Of a DNA stretch of 64,000 nucleotides, positions 8,958 through 19,891 are shown piece after piece. Within the stretch, counting starts at the first letter, position 1, and each line of letters opens with the position of its first letter. The DNA is taken from the NCBI GenBank assembly GCA_027486005.1, contig JAIXPZ010000042.1, forward strand, positions 2,894 through 66,893. The letters are read 5' to 3'. Below the pieces are notes generated by a model. That model was not told the DNA's origin and ran no database searches. It was given only the letters and a program-made list of their open reading frames with translations. The stretch is from Legionellales bacterium. GTDB taxonomy: Bacteria > Pseudomonadota > Gammaproteobacteria > JAGOUN01. The translations under genes and the position numbers were made by a program.

Positions 8958-11900
8958 TTACCTATTAGTTATGCCTTTTAGATTAACATTGTTTACGGCA
9001 AAAAAATCTATCTTTTGGAAGAATCCAACTTTTCTTAATGCTCCACCTGATTCATTTAATTTAAATTGTTCTGCATAGCCTAGATAAGAAACTGTTGATG
9101 TAAAAAATAATGCAAGTCCTATGGTAGGTTGGAGAGCAAATAATCCCATGCCAGCCATATAAATTATAGTATGGCCCCATCGACCTTCCTCAGCTGTATC
9201 ATTTTTCTTTTTGACTTCTAAAGCAACTTTATCTTTAGCGTCTTTAGTGGCAGGTGATTTTTCTTTAGCCGATAGCTCATCTAATTTATTTTGTGCCTCT
9301 GGATGACCATACGCTATTGCTTCTTGAAAGTAGAATTTTGCAGACTCTACATTTTTTTCATGAACATACAACATCCCTAAATAGAAATTTGCTTGTGGAT
9401 TACCACTTACTGCTGCCACTTTCAGTTCATATTTTTTTGTACAGTTTATTCGATCAAGATTTATATTAAAAACAGTATCTCCAGCCGCCAAGAAAATTTG
9501 TGCTGCTCTTTGAAAAAGCAAAAGGTTTATATAGAAAAGGTTATATGGAATGACCGCACAAACCATCGTAGAATATATCGAAATATTAATGTAATATTTC
9601 TTGAGATACGCTTCCCATGAATACAACATATCTTCCATGGTTTTAAAATAACTTACAGTGTCTTTCATGGAATTTAGTAAATCGCTCATGATTTTTTCTC
9701 GACTTGAGAACAAAGCCATCCCTCTTCTGTTACCTAAATTCTCTAAGAATTTTCCTAAAAACAATCGGCAATATGCTCCCCATTCATTTGGATTCGGCTC
9801 AAGAAAATAATGATGGATTTCAGGGATTTTTAACAGCTGCTCATGAACTCTAGCATCCATTAATCTTTCAAAAGTCAGGTTATTTTTTAAATCAAGCAAT
9901 ATGCTACCTATAGCAATCAACATTTCAATGCAAGGAGACACATAGCGCTCTAAGCGATAGTCGCCAATTTCACTTTTACCGCACAATTGGCGAAAATTTT
10001 TCGCAACAGATAAAACAGACTTAATTACATCTAAAATGTATAATGAAAAAGCCTGTGCGCTTGAAGCTTGTGTATTTACTAAAAGCACGAGGTTTCTTTC
10101 AACTACTTTAAGAGTTAGTTCTGCAAATCCAAGCGCAAGGTCAGCATTATGACGCCATGATTTTAAATTGTTATCTAATTGCTTATTCTGCACCCACAAT
10201 TTGTTCAACCAATAAAAAATATCTAACCCAAATTGAGCTGTATGAGCTCGACAAATAAAATAATTAATAGGCAATGCCTGCTCAAGAATTAGTGTATAGC
10301 GCAATAATATTTTTTCAGGCGTTACTGCTGGAGTATTATCATCCTTTTTAGAGCTATTTGGTAACTCGTCTACTTTTGTCTCCGGCTGAGCAAGATACGC
10401 AAAATGTATTTTTATTTTTTCTTCTAATGCCTGTTTTTCTTTTAAATAGTTTTCTTGATAAGCAAGGTATTCCTCGCTAGTCTTTATGGCTAATGCAATC
10501 TCAGATTCAGCCTCCATAAGCAGCTTAAGTTGCTCCTGAACTTTTTTCTCACTTGTTTTCAATGCTTCTATTTTTTCACTTTCATATTTTTGATGGTCAA
10601 CATGCAGCTTATTTAATTTAAATTCATAAATGCGAGAAATAAATGTATGAATACGAATATTATTTACATCATTAACAAGCGCTTTATTAAGAGTAACGAT
10701 TGCTCCATCTGAATCTTCGGAATGAAACTCCGCCATTGCTTGCATAACAAGAAGTTCAATTTTTTTCTGATCTTCAATATTATCAATAGGAATACCAGAA
10801 ATCATGGGGCGAACTTCTTTAAATTTATTTTGCTGCATGTAACAAATAAGCAGATAATGCTCGAGTGCAGTTTTCAAATCAGCCTGGGGTTTTAACTTTA
10901 TCAATTGATCTATTCGTTTTTCTAAATTTTCCCAAGGAGTATTCTCACTAGGCTGACTAAGCTCTACGGTGATAGCAAGATACTTTAAATATTGTATTTG
11001 AGGGTTTTCGTCAACTTTATTGGCATCATATGTGTCTGTTGCTTGATTATTTTCGACTTCCTTATTGCCAGCAAGCTGTGCGTGCTTTTTATATGCCTTC
11101 TCTAGTTCTGTTACCTTTCCCAAGTACTGTTTGTAAGCTTCGATCTCTTGCGCTATAAGAATAAGCTGTTTTTCCTGCGTAGGTTGAGCCATAACATTTT
11201 TTTGTATATTTGTTATTTCTTGATTTTTATGCTGATGTAATTGATTTTGCTCTTGAATATAACTGTTCGCTAATGCTTGCTGAGCCTGTTGAAAATAAGG
11301 AGCGTCGGCATTTATAGCTAAAAGAATTTTTCGCCCTTCGTTAATTTCATTAAGATCACTTTTTTGTGTTAAAATCGTTCCTTTTATCCATAAAGCAAAT
11401 ACATTCGTTTGTTCCTTCTCAAGCATTTTTTTTGCTTCAGAAAGAGCTTCTTCAGTTTTTCCTCGTTGATAATAGCAAATAGTTAAATCTTGGTTAACTA
11501 ACTGCGCACTGGGATTATCTGCCTTATATTTTTTTAAATCCTTTTCCCATTTCTCTAAATCTTCAGGTGAATCGCCTGGGGATGTTCTGATTGGATTAAT
11601 TAAATATGACAATTCATTATCTCTTTCGTATTTATAAACGCGACCATTTTGTCTTTGTTGATATTTATCCCATGCTGCGCGAGCTCGTGTTTGATCACCT
11701 CTATTGATAGCCATATATCCATTCAAAAGAATATTATGCATATTTCTGTCAGATTGACTCCAACCAACATCACTTGCCAACAGTGCAACTCCAGAACCTA
11801 TGACAACGGGAGCCGAGATAATAGAAGCAATCCCCCCGCTAATCGTAACAACAACGGTGCTTATCCATGGGACACCAGCAGCAGAAACATAAGCGGCTCC

Positions 11901-14900
11901 TTTAGCAACTATGGCTGCTTCTTGTGCTTGCCCCGCTAATTTGCCTGTTCCATCCACACACGCGCTTAAAGTTATCCAGTCATCTTCGGCTTGTTCTTTA
12001 CCTTGCTTAATAATATATTCATCATCTCCATATAGATAAGTAATCCCTGCGCTAGCTGTCCAAGCACCCAAACGCACGAATGTCGCTCCCCCAGTAAGTG
12101 TAAAATTGCTGTAGATTGCATCGGATATTGTGCTGACATTAATGACATCAAGACTACTGATAACGTTCACAATGTTACTAACATCCTTACCCGCTTGAAT
12201 AAGATTGGTACCTTGATAAAGAACAAACGCAGCTTTACTAATTAATTCGTTACCACTAAGATTAAATCCTGTTCCGAACATTTCTCCAAGCACGACTTCA
12301 TCAAAAATCAATGTTACCTGAAGCACACTACTTATCGTACCAAATGACAAGCCACTCTCCAGATCTAATAAAATAGATTGATATTGGGTGCCTCCATAAA
12401 TCAATTTTCCTCCTGATATGCATCGATTGCATACCCATGTAGATGCTTGACGAAGTTTTCCCATAGGTATAAGAGGAACAATCAGTTCTTTGAGCTTAGT
12501 TGCAATTATTTCAATACCTTTTCCAACACACCCTAATCCATCATTGTTTATTCTTTTACATAAATTTCTAATTTCTGAAAGATCATTGCCTTCACCTAAC
12601 ACTTTTTGTATTTCGGCTACTTTTTTAAAATCATTATTTTTGGATGCTTGATCCAACTCTTTCGCAAAACATTGTTTAAAATAAGCAGATCCATCTTCAA
12701 CTTTATCTTCTGGTGTCCGTTGATAATTTTGTATTTCTTGAGAATATTTTCGGTAATGATCGACGGCCTTTTGAAAACTTCCTTTTGAACTGTAATAGTT
12801 AAGGATATTTAAAATAGTATCAGGATTTTCTAATGAGCACAGATTTATCCTTTCTAAAATATTATTGATAGCCACGTCATCGGAGATTTTTGTTTTTTCT
12901 TCTTGCTTCCTATGAGCAAAAAACAATAATTCATCTAGTTGGCTAATTTTCGTCGCGTCAGCTTGATGTTTTAGCGCAAGCTCTCCTAACGATTTAATTG
13001 CATCAGCTTCCAGTCCTTGTTCAAGACTTATACTTGCATCTTTCAATGAATAAAAATACGCTTCTTCTGCAGAACTTGCGATAGCAACAAATAACTTACA
13101 AAGTTTAGAAGCTTCAGGATAATTTTTTACTTGTAATTGATGATAAATTTCATTATGTAACAAAGCTTTAGTTTCTACGCTGAACTCAGATTGATTTGAA
13201 AGTTTTTTTAATTCTCCTACTGCACTAACAAAATCTTTATCTCTAGCATACATGTATGCGCTTTGTTCGACTACTAATTGATCATTTGGGAATTTTTTTG
13301 CTAATTCATGAGTCAGGTTTTTAAATTTTATTCTCTCTCCGCACTGTTCATAAAGATCACGTAATTTATATAAACTTTGCGTATCTGTACGCTTTTCTAA
13401 AACAGGAATATATTTTCCTGCCATCTCTGGATGAGTGTCTTTGTGCTTTTCGTAAAGGGCGTCAAGTTCTTTAGCTATAGAATCTTTTTTTCTTTTACTT
13501 TTAACAGTTTCTTGATAATATTTTCTTTGATCAAATATATTGGCAATTTTTTTAAAATCCTGAATACGATAGTGCTCTTGAATGGCAGATTTTGAGCGGC
13601 CTTCAACGATTTCTGCCTTATTTTGAGAATCAAAAGGTTGCAATTTAATAAATTGTTGCAACATGGGCTGAATATTATTTGAATTGATAGCTTGTTTTAT
13701 CGCTTGGTGTTCAGATTTTTTTTCATCAGGAAAATATCCTGTTTGTTTTGCCTGCAAAGTGGATTGTTCATTATAAGCATTAAGACCTTTTTTTAAGTCT
13801 TTTTTTAAATCTTCATCTGGATGCTTGGACAAAAATGCAGATCTGGCTTCTGGTACATACTCTGGATTATTAATTCCTAACTTTAAAATCATATCTTTTT
13901 TATCAGAATTTAATTTTTGACTATTAAGCACCGTGTCTATAAATCTTTCCATTTGTCGTGGGTTTTTAAAACCTCTATCAATAGCGTCAAAAAAGCGCTT
14001 CATTTCCTTTTGTTCTGGGTTCAACTCATACCAAGCAGCAAAATCTTGAGCTAATCGTATAATGCCAATGACTACACTAGCTGACACCTGAATATCTACA
14101 TTCATTTCACCCGTGATGCTCTGAGAACGAACAACAAAATCAGGCTTTCCATCAGGTCGTATTACAGGCGCGATCGACCACTGAGGTTCATTAGGCATGA
14201 GGTGATGATAGCTTCTTCTAGGATCTGACAGTAAATGGTCAAGCACAATTTTTTCTTGCATTTTCTCATGGAAATCATTAAATACAGCGAGGGTTGGTCT
14301 TCTATTTTCTGGACAAACATTTTCTTGATGAACTGGATTTTGTGATTTTCTGTCAACTGCGATACGTAATAACACTTTTTTAATAAGGTCTATGTCAATT
14401 TTTGGTGAATTTTGTGGTAAAAGTAAAGTAGCAGTGTTAATAGGAGCAGCCGATTTCTCTGTATTTTCAGATTGACCAACTGCCGCATCGTGTACTGCTT
14501 TAACGTCATCATTAACAGTAGATAAAGTGGGTAATTGAGTTTCATCGACCGGAGTAGGGGTTTGCACAAAAAATGAATTTAAAAATTCTCGTAATTGAGG
14601 CTTCCAGCATTCCTCGGTAGGATTCCATAGCGATTCTGTAAGATTTTTTGATATTGGAAGAGATACAATATAAGCCAGAAATAATCCAGAGGCTGTTATA
14701 GGTGCTCCTGCTATTGATGCGACCGCAGAAGCAGCCATAGCAGGCATCAATACAAGTTCTCCGACACGAAAAGGACCTTCTGTTATATGATCAACAATAC
14801 TATTTAAACCAGAGCCTATTGTGTTTTCGTACCATTTCAGCCCTTGAAAAAATACATTTAGTCTTGTCTCTACATTATCCCATATTGTGGCCTCTTGTTT

Positions 14901-15221
14901 TAATAGGCTGCCCATATGATGAAGATCACGAGATTGGTTAGCTAAAGCTTTCCGTCCTGCTTGCCTACCTCCATATAAGTTTTCTGCATTTTTTATTGTG
15001 GCCTTAGGTGCCCAACGTTTAATTTGCTTCCTAGAAATCGTTTGCCCTTCTCTTAAAAGTTTAGGAATAGCATAATATTTAATTTTATTGCTTTCTTTTA
15101 TAGGAGTAACAAAATTTGAATTAAATGAATCGATAGTATCAGATGAAAGAAAATTTTTTTTAGTGGTTTTTGATTTTTCAGAAACAGAATTATTTTCTAC
15201 TTCGCTTATATTACGTTTCAT
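8958..15221 (-). CDS. Giant 2087-aa multidomain protein with Sel1/TPR-like repeats, extensive coiled coil and several TM segments; eukaryotic-like, effector-type
   Basis: Single uninterrupted 6.3-kb ORF. A Sel1-like repeat (GNPQANFYLGMLYVHEKNVESAKFYFQEAIAYGHPEAQNKL) lies near the C-terminus. Gly/Ala-rich hydrophobic stretches (AMAASAVASIAGAPITASGLFLAYIVSLPI; GGIASIISAPVVIGSGVALLASDVGW) and a C-terminal TM segment are present. Long K/E-rich coiled-coil regions run through the middle of the protein. Confidence 0.7.
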   Translation of the reverse strand: MKRNISEVENNSVSEKSKTTKKNFLSSDTIDSFNSNFVTPIKESNKIKYYAIPKLLREGQTISRKQIKRWAPKATIKNAENLYGGRQAGRKALANQSRDLHHMGSLLKQEATIWDNVETRLNVFFQGLKWYENTIGSGLNSIVDHITEGPFRVGELVLMPAMAASAVASIAGAPITASGLFLAYIVSLPISKNLTESLWNPTEECWKPQLREFLNSFFVQTPTPVDETQLPTLSTVNDDVKAVHDAAVGQSENTEKSAAPINTATLLLPQNSPKIDIDLIKKVLLRIAVDRKSQNPVHQENVCPENRRPTLAVFNDFHEKMQEKIVLDHLLSDPRRSYHHLMPNEPQWSIAPVIRPDGKPDFVVRSQSITGEMNVDIQVSASVVIGIIRLAQDFAAWYELNPEQKEMKRFFDAIDRGFKNPRQMERFIDTVLNSQKLNSDKKDMILKLGINNPEYVPEARSAFLSKHPDEDLKKDLKKGLNAYNEQSTLQAKQTGYFPDEKKSEHQAIKQAINSNNIQPMLQQFIKLQPFDSQNKAEIVEGRSKSAIQEHYRIQDFKKIANIFDQRKYYQETVKSKRKKDSIAKELDALYEKHKDTHPEMAGKYIPVLEKRTDTQSLYKLRDLYEQCGERIKFKNLTHELAKKFPNDQLVVEQSAYMYARDKDFVSAVGELKKLSNQSEFSVETKALLHNEIYHQLQVKNYPEASKLCKLFVAIASSAEEAYFYSLKDASISLEQGLEADAIKSLGELALKHQADATKISQLDELLFFAHRKQEEKTKISDDVAINNILERINLCSLENPDTILNILNYYSSKGSFQKAVDHYRKYSQEIQNYQRTPEDKVEDGSAYFKQCFAKELDQASKNNDFKKVAEIQKVLGEGNDLSEIRNLCKRINNDGLGCVGKGIEIIATKLKELIVPLIPMGKLRQASTWVCNRCISGGKLIYGGTQYQSILLDLESGLSFGTISSVLQVTLIFDEVVLGEMFGTGFNLSGNELISKAAFVLYQGTNLIQAGKDVSNIVNVISSLDVINVSTISDAIYSNFTLTGGATFVRLGAWTASAGITYLYGDDEYIIKQGKEQAEDDWITLSACVDGTGKLAGQAQEAAIVAKGAAYVSAAGVPWISTVVVTISGGIASIISAPVVIGSGVALLASDVGWSQSDRNMHNILLNGYMAINRGDQTRARAAWDKYQQRQNGRVYKYERDNELSYLINPIRTSPGDSPEDLEKWEKDLKKYKADNPSAQLVNQDLTICYYQRGKTEEALSEAKKMLEKEQTNVFALWIKGTILTQKSDLNEINEGRKILLAINADAPYFQQAQQALANSYIQEQNQLHQHKNQEITNIQKNVMAQPTQEKQLILIAQEIEAYKQYLGKVTELEKAYKKHAQLAGNKEVENNQATDTYDANKVDENPQIQYLKYLAITVELSQPSENTPWENLEKRIDQLIKLKPQADLKTALEHYLLICYMQQNKFKEVRPMISGIPIDNIEDQKKIELLVMQAMAEFHSEDSDGAIVTLNKALVNDVNNIRIHTFISRIYEFKLNKLHVDHQKYESEKIEALKTSEKKVQEQLKLLMEAESEIALAIKTSEEYLAYQENYLKEKQALEEKIKIHFAYLAQPETKVDELPNSSKKDDNTPAVTPEKILLRYTLILEQALPINYFICRAHTAQFGLDIFYWLNKLWVQNKQLDNNLKSWRHNADLALGFAELTLKVVERNLVLLVNTQASSAQAFSLYILDVIKSVLSVAKNFRQLCGKSEIGDYRLERYVSPCIEMLIAIGSILLDLKNNLTFERLMDARVHEQLLKIPEIHHYFLEPNPNEWGAYCRLFLGKFLENLGNRRGMALFSSREKIMSDLLNSMKDTVSYFKTMEDMLYSWEAYLKKYYINISIYSTMVCAVIPYNLFYINLLLFQRAAQIFLAAGDTVFNINLDRINCTKKYELKVAAVSGNPQANFYLGMLYVHEKNVESAKFYFQEAIAYGHPEAQNKLDELSAKEKSPATKDAKDKVALEVKKKNDTAEEGRWGHTIIYMAGMGLFALQPTIGLALFFTSTVSYLGYAEQFKLNESGGALRKVGFFQKIDFFAVNNVNLKGITNR

Positions 15222-15251
15222 AAAAGCTCCTAAATTATTTTATAAATATAT

Positions 15252-18200
15252 CTAAGCCCATGTCGCGCATAGTGTTTCTGCTTGCTCTAACACTAAGTCA
15301 ATTGCTGCGTCTTCTTTATCTTTTGGATATTTATATTTTCTCAAAATACGCCTCACCAGCAACCGAAGCTTAGCCCGTATACTTTCACGCACTGACCAAT
15401 CTACACTGACATTATTTCGAAGACTCTCTGTAAGCTCATATGCTATTTTCTTAAGCGTTTCATCGCCTAATTCTTTAACAGAAGCTTCATTATTTGCAAG
15501 AGCATCATAGAATGCTAGCTCGTCTTCATTAAGGCCTGTAGCTTCACCACGCTTAACCGCTTCTTGAAATTTTTTTGACATTTCACATAATTCTTCCATG
15601 ACCTGCGCAGTTTCAATCGCACGATTGTGATAACGTCGCATGGTATTGGTTAATAAATCTGAGAATTTTTTCTCTTGTACGACATTAGTAGCGAATCGTG
15701 TTTTAATTTCATCTTCAAGTAATCGTTCTAATAATTCAACGGCTAAATTTTTCTCAGGTAAATTTTGAACTTCTGCCAAGAATGCTTCGTCTAAAATACC
15801 AATATTGGGTTTATCGAGACCCACTGCGTCAAAAATATCGATGACTTCATTCGATACCACAGCAGAGCTAATAATTTGTCGTATCGCAAATTCACGTTCA
15901 TCGTTGGTGCGTTTCTTTTCTCTTTTTTCAGGTTTGGTGATGATGACTTTAATACCCTGCATAAATGCTACTTCTTCACGCACGACTTTAGCTTCATCTA
16001 AAGTGCAACATAAAGTGAATGCTTTCGCCATTGCTAATGCATTATCAGAAAACCGTTTTTTACCGTCATCTAAGCCCACAACATAATCGGCTGCTTTTCC
16101 TAGTAAACTGGGCGCGCACTTTAAAAAATCACTGTAATCAAAGCCATGTAGCATTCCACGTAAGACATCCAATTTTTCTTCCAATACTGCATACGCTTCG
16201 TGGACATCAATGGTGGGTCTGCCGTGTCCTTGGCTCGCAGTATATTCTTTTAAGGCTTTTTTCAAATCATTAGAAATGCCAATATAATCGACTACTAAAC
16301 CACCCTGCTTATCTTTGAAAACACGATTAACACGCGCAATCGCTTGCATGAGGTTATGACCTTTCATCGGTTTATCAACATACAAGGTATGAGCGCACGG
16401 TACGTCAAACCCTGTCAGCCACATATCGCGTACAATCACTAAACGCAAATCGTCGTTATGATCCTTAAACCTCCCTTCTAAATCTTTGCGTGTTTGTTTT
16501 GAATAAATATGCGGACGTAGCAAGGGCTTATCACTCGCGGAGCCTGTCATCACGACTTTCACTACACCAAGCTTGGGATCTTCATTATGCCAATCAGGAC
16601 GTAATGCGATAATCTCATTATAAAGATGCACACAAATATCACGACTCATGCCCACAATCATCGCCTTTCCAATTTGCACTTTGTTACGCTCTTCGAAATG
16701 CGTAACTAAATCTGCAGCCACTTGCTTGATTCGTGGTTCAGAGCCAACAATTTTTTCTAACGCAGCCCAGCGCGATTTTAGTTTTGCTTGTTCGCTGTCT
16801 TCTTCATCTTCGGCTAATTCATCGACGTCATCGTCCAATGCAATAATCTCATTACCATTTAATGATAACTTTGCCAATCGTGGTTCATAATAAATCGCCA
16901 CCGTCGCACCATCTTGTTGTGCTTGTTGCATATCGTAAATATGAATGTAATTACCAAATACTGCACGAGTATCTCGATCTTCACTTGATACGGGCGTTCC
17001 TGTAAATGCAACAAACGTGGCATTCGGCAATGCATCACGTAAATGTTGCGCATAACCGACTTTATATTTTTCGTGGCCTTCTTTACCTTTTAGCTCAGAG
17101 CTAAAACCATATTGCGTGCGATGTGCTTCATCTGCAATCACGACAATATTACGACGGTCCGATAACGTTGGAAAAATATCTTCATCTTCACCCGCCATGA
17201 ATTTTTGAATCGTTGAAAATATGATTCCACCAGAAGGCCGATTATTTAATTTAATTCGCAAATCTTGTCGAGACTCCACTTGCACCGCTTGTTCACGTAA
17301 TAAATCTTGCGATAATGAAAACACGCCAAATAACTGACCATCCAAATCATTGCGATCTGTGATTACAACAATGGTTGGGTTTTCCATTGCAGGTTCACGC
17401 ATCACTCGCGCGGCAAAACAGGTCATCGTAATGCTTTTACCACTACCTTGCGTATGCCAAACAACTCCTCCTTTGCGATCACCACCTGAACGTGAAGCAG
17501 AAACCACTTGTTGAATCGCTGCTCGCACCGCATGAAATTGATGATATCCAGCGATTTTTTTTATCAATGTATCTTTGCTTTCTTCAAATAAAATAAAGAA
17601 TCGTAAATAATCTAAAAAATAAACTGGCGCTAATATGCCACGCGTCAAAGTTTCTAACTCATGAAACTTCCCCAGCGGATCCAGCGTCACACCATCAATC
17701 GTCCGCCACGACATAAACCGTTCCATATCCGAAGACACAGAGCCCATGTGCGCTTCGATGCCATCGGAAATAACCAATATTTCATTGTATTGAAAAATAT
17801 CCGGTATCTGTTCCTTGTAAGTTTGTATCTGATTAAATGCTTTTCCAATATCCGCATTTTCATCAACAGGATTTTTTAGTTCAATTAAGACCAATGGCAA
17901 ACCATTAATAAACAAAACAACATCGGGCTTTCTCGTATGCTTCGCGCCCTTGATCGCAAACTGATTCACCGCCAGCCATTCATTAGCCGACGTATTTTCA
18001 AAATCAATCAAGTTCACAAAGTCGCCGCGGGTTTCATCATCTTTTTGATACTGCACTGGAACGCCATTCACTAAAAAATGATGTAATTGACGATTAGCGG
18101 ATAATAAAACAGGGGTATTTAAATCGCGCACTTGTTGTAACGCATCTGCACGTGCTGCCAAAGGAATCGTTGGATTTAGTCGATCAATGGCATTACGTAA

Positions 18201-18341
18201 ACGCTCAAGCAATAGAACACCTTGGTAATTGCTACGCTCAGGTGACGGCCCGTCACAGGCAATATCTGGGCCATAAAGATGCATATAACCGAGATTGGAT
18301 AACCAAGTTAGCATTTCCTGCTCTAATTTATCTTCTGTCAT
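15252..18341 (-). CDS. hsdR: Type I restriction enzyme R subunit HsdR
   Basis: Contains the DEAH helicase motif II (VVIADEAHRTQYG), the conserved HsdR N-terminal region and the C-terminal domain. The track ORF extends to 18383. The probable true start is MTEDKLEQ at 18341, because the upstream 14 codons lie inside a 20-bp direct repeat. Confidence 0.9.
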   Translation of the reverse strand: MTEDKLEQEMLTWLSNLGYMHLYGPDIACDGPSPERSNYQGVLLLERLRNAIDRLNPTIPLAARADALQQVRDLNTPVLLSANRQLHHFLVNGVPVQYQKDDETRGDFVNLIDFENTSANEWLAVNQFAIKGAKHTRKPDVVLFINGLPLVLIELKNPVDENADIGKAFNQIQTYKEQIPDIFQYNEILVISDGIEAHMGSVSSDMERFMSWRTIDGVTLDPLGKFHELETLTRGILAPVYFLDYLRFFILFEESKDTLIKKIAGYHQFHAVRAAIQQVVSASRSGGDRKGGVVWHTQGSGKSITMTCFAARVMREPAMENPTIVVITDRNDLDGQLFGVFSLSQDLLREQAVQVESRQDLRIKLNNRPSGGIIFSTIQKFMAGEDEDIFPTLSDRRNIVVIADEAHRTQYGFSSELKGKEGHEKYKVGYAQHLRDALPNATFVAFTGTPVSSEDRDTRAVFGNYIHIYDMQQAQQDGATVAIYYEPRLAKLSLNGNEIIALDDDVDELAEDEEDSEQAKLKSRWAALEKIVGSEPRIKQVAADLVTHFEERNKVQIGKAMIVGMSRDICVHLYNEIIALRPDWHNEDPKLGVVKVVMTGSASDKPLLRPHIYSKQTRKDLEGRFKDHNDDLRLVIVRDMWLTGFDVPCAHTLYVDKPMKGHNLMQAIARVNRVFKDKQGGLVVDYIGISNDLKKALKEYTASQGHGRPTIDVHEAYAVLEEKLDVLRGMLHGFDYSDFLKCAPSLLGKAADYVVGLDDGKKRFSDNALAMAKAFTLCCTLDEAKVVREEVAFMQGIKVIITKPEKREKKRTNDEREFAIRQIISSAVVSNEVIDIFDAVGLDKPNIGILDEAFLAEVQNLPEKNLAVELLERLLEDEIKTRFATNVVQEKKFSDLLTNTMRRYHNRAIETAQVMEELCEMSKKFQEAVKRGEATGLNEDELAFYDALANNEASVKELGDETLKKIAYELTESLRNNVSVDWSVRESIRAKLRLLVRRILRKYKYPKDKEDAAIDLVLEQAETLCATWA

Positions 18342-18451
18342 TTTCGTCCTCACTATCCTTTTCTCGGTTTTGCGATGAAGCACTTAAGTATTTGATTTAT
18401 AATAACTTTTAACATTTTAACTCTAATAATCAGGTTTGCGATGAAGCACTT

Positions 18452-19861
18452 TTATGCCCAAAATGGCAAATATTTGATATATCGTGTAGAGCTTGATTCA
18501 ACATCATCGAGTTTAATTAATCCTGCTTCCTTAGTCGCCTTAATAATAGCAGAAACAATAGTCGCCGCCGATTCTGGTAATTTGAACCGCTCCCGCAAGG
18601 TTTGATTCGACATTTTCTGGTGGTTAACATACAGCAAGCAGCAATGCTGATAACAAGCTCTTATCCTGTCTTTTTTGCTCATATCTGCAAAATCTTGATG
18701 CGCAAAAAGTATAGCGGTTGTGCGTATCTCTCCCACTCTAAAATCAGGCGCAGGCAATTGATAATCTTCAACTGCTTTTACAACCTTATCAACACCACTG
18801 CCCTTTTCTTCACAAATACCAAATCGGCGCATAATATCTGCTAATTTCTCATTACGAGATTGGTATTCATCAATAAAGCGTTCGACCTTAATCGAAGGCA
18901 GGCCAGGATTAGAAATTTCTAAACGATTAGAATACATTTCTATCATGACGGACATGCCTGTCATCGTAAAATCTTGATGCACCAGCGCATTAGCAATTAA
19001 TTCACGTAAAGCTTGTTTTGGAAACATTTTAATTTCTTCACGTACTCCTTGCTCAATAAAATGATTTTGCGGCGCAGCTGAATGAATAAAGTCAACGATG
19101 CTATCAAAATCAACCGCATAACCTTTTGTTTCTTGTTTATCATCCTGCGTAGAAAGTTTATCGATACCTTTATAAATAACAATACGAGGTGCTTTACGGG
19201 CTAAAGATGAAGAAAACGCATCTAAACGCTTCGCCAGTAAAATCGCTGCTAAATTTAAAATTATCCAACTACCATCTTCTTGCTTAATGAGGCCTTCTTT
19301 GGCAAAACGATCTAAAACCGCATCACGCGTGGTTGGATAAGGTAACTTCATCAAATCAAAATATATTTGTGTATCTAATAAAGAAATAACATCATCCGAG
19401 CTGGCATCTGTTTTAGCAGCTTGCTCTAACCAACTAGGTTCTCCTTCAGAAAAAATTCGGCGCAACTGATCTTGTGTCATGGGCACTAATTCTTCCCCGG
19501 AACGCATTAAATACTTTCCATCAAGTTGATATGCTTGTCCTATTAATCGAGAAGGAATTTCAAAAATCAATACACGCTCATCAGAATGGTGTAACTCAGT
19601 CACATCAACACGAAAATGTAATTTTGATAAAATATAAGATTTTATATCACCAATATTGAGAAACGCTTGGGTGCCAACAACTTTACGAGGAGGTTTATCA
19701 CTAACACCGAACACCAGATAGCCACCGCGTTCATTAGCAATAGCCACACAATATTCTAATAATTTCGTTTTATCATACTGTTGTTTAGCTTCTTTGAATT
19801 CAAGATTCTCATTTTCTTTTGGAATAATTAGCCAGCGATTTAGCATATCTAGGGTGGTCAT
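18452..19861 (-). CDS. AlbA_2 (Schlafen-like 'divergent AAA') + HATPase_c_4 putative DNA-binding ATPase, of the kind commonly embedded in Type I R-M loci
   Basis: N-terminal region NLEFKEAKQQYDKTKLLEYCVAIANERGGYLVFGVSDK matches the AlbA_2 core. A C-terminal HATPase-like region is present. It sits between hsdS and hsdR. Confidence 0.65.
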   Translation of the reverse strand: MTTLDMLNRWLIIPKENENLEFKEAKQQYDKTKLLEYCVAIANERGGYLVFGVSDKPPRKVVGTQAFLNIGDIKSYILSKLHFRVDVTELHHSDERVLIFEIPSRLIGQAYQLDGKYLMRSGEELVPMTQDQLRRIFSEGEPSWLEQAAKTDASSDDVISLLDTQIYFDLMKLPYPTTRDAVLDRFAKEGLIKQEDGSWIILNLAAILLAKRLDAFSSSLARKAPRIVIYKGIDKLSTQDDKQETKGYAVDFDSIVDFIHSAAPQNHFIEQGVREEIKMFPKQALRELIANALVHQDFTMTGMSVMIEMYSNRLEISNPGLPSIKVERFIDEYQSRNEKLADIMRRFGICEEKGSGVDKVVKAVEDYQLPAPDFRVGEIRTTAILFAHQDFADMSKKDRIRACYQHCCLLYVNHQKMSNQTLRERFKLPESAATIVSAIIKATKEAGLIKLDDVESSSTRYIKYLPFWA

Positions 19862-19891
19862 ATAGAGGCCTTATTCTATAAAAAATTATTT

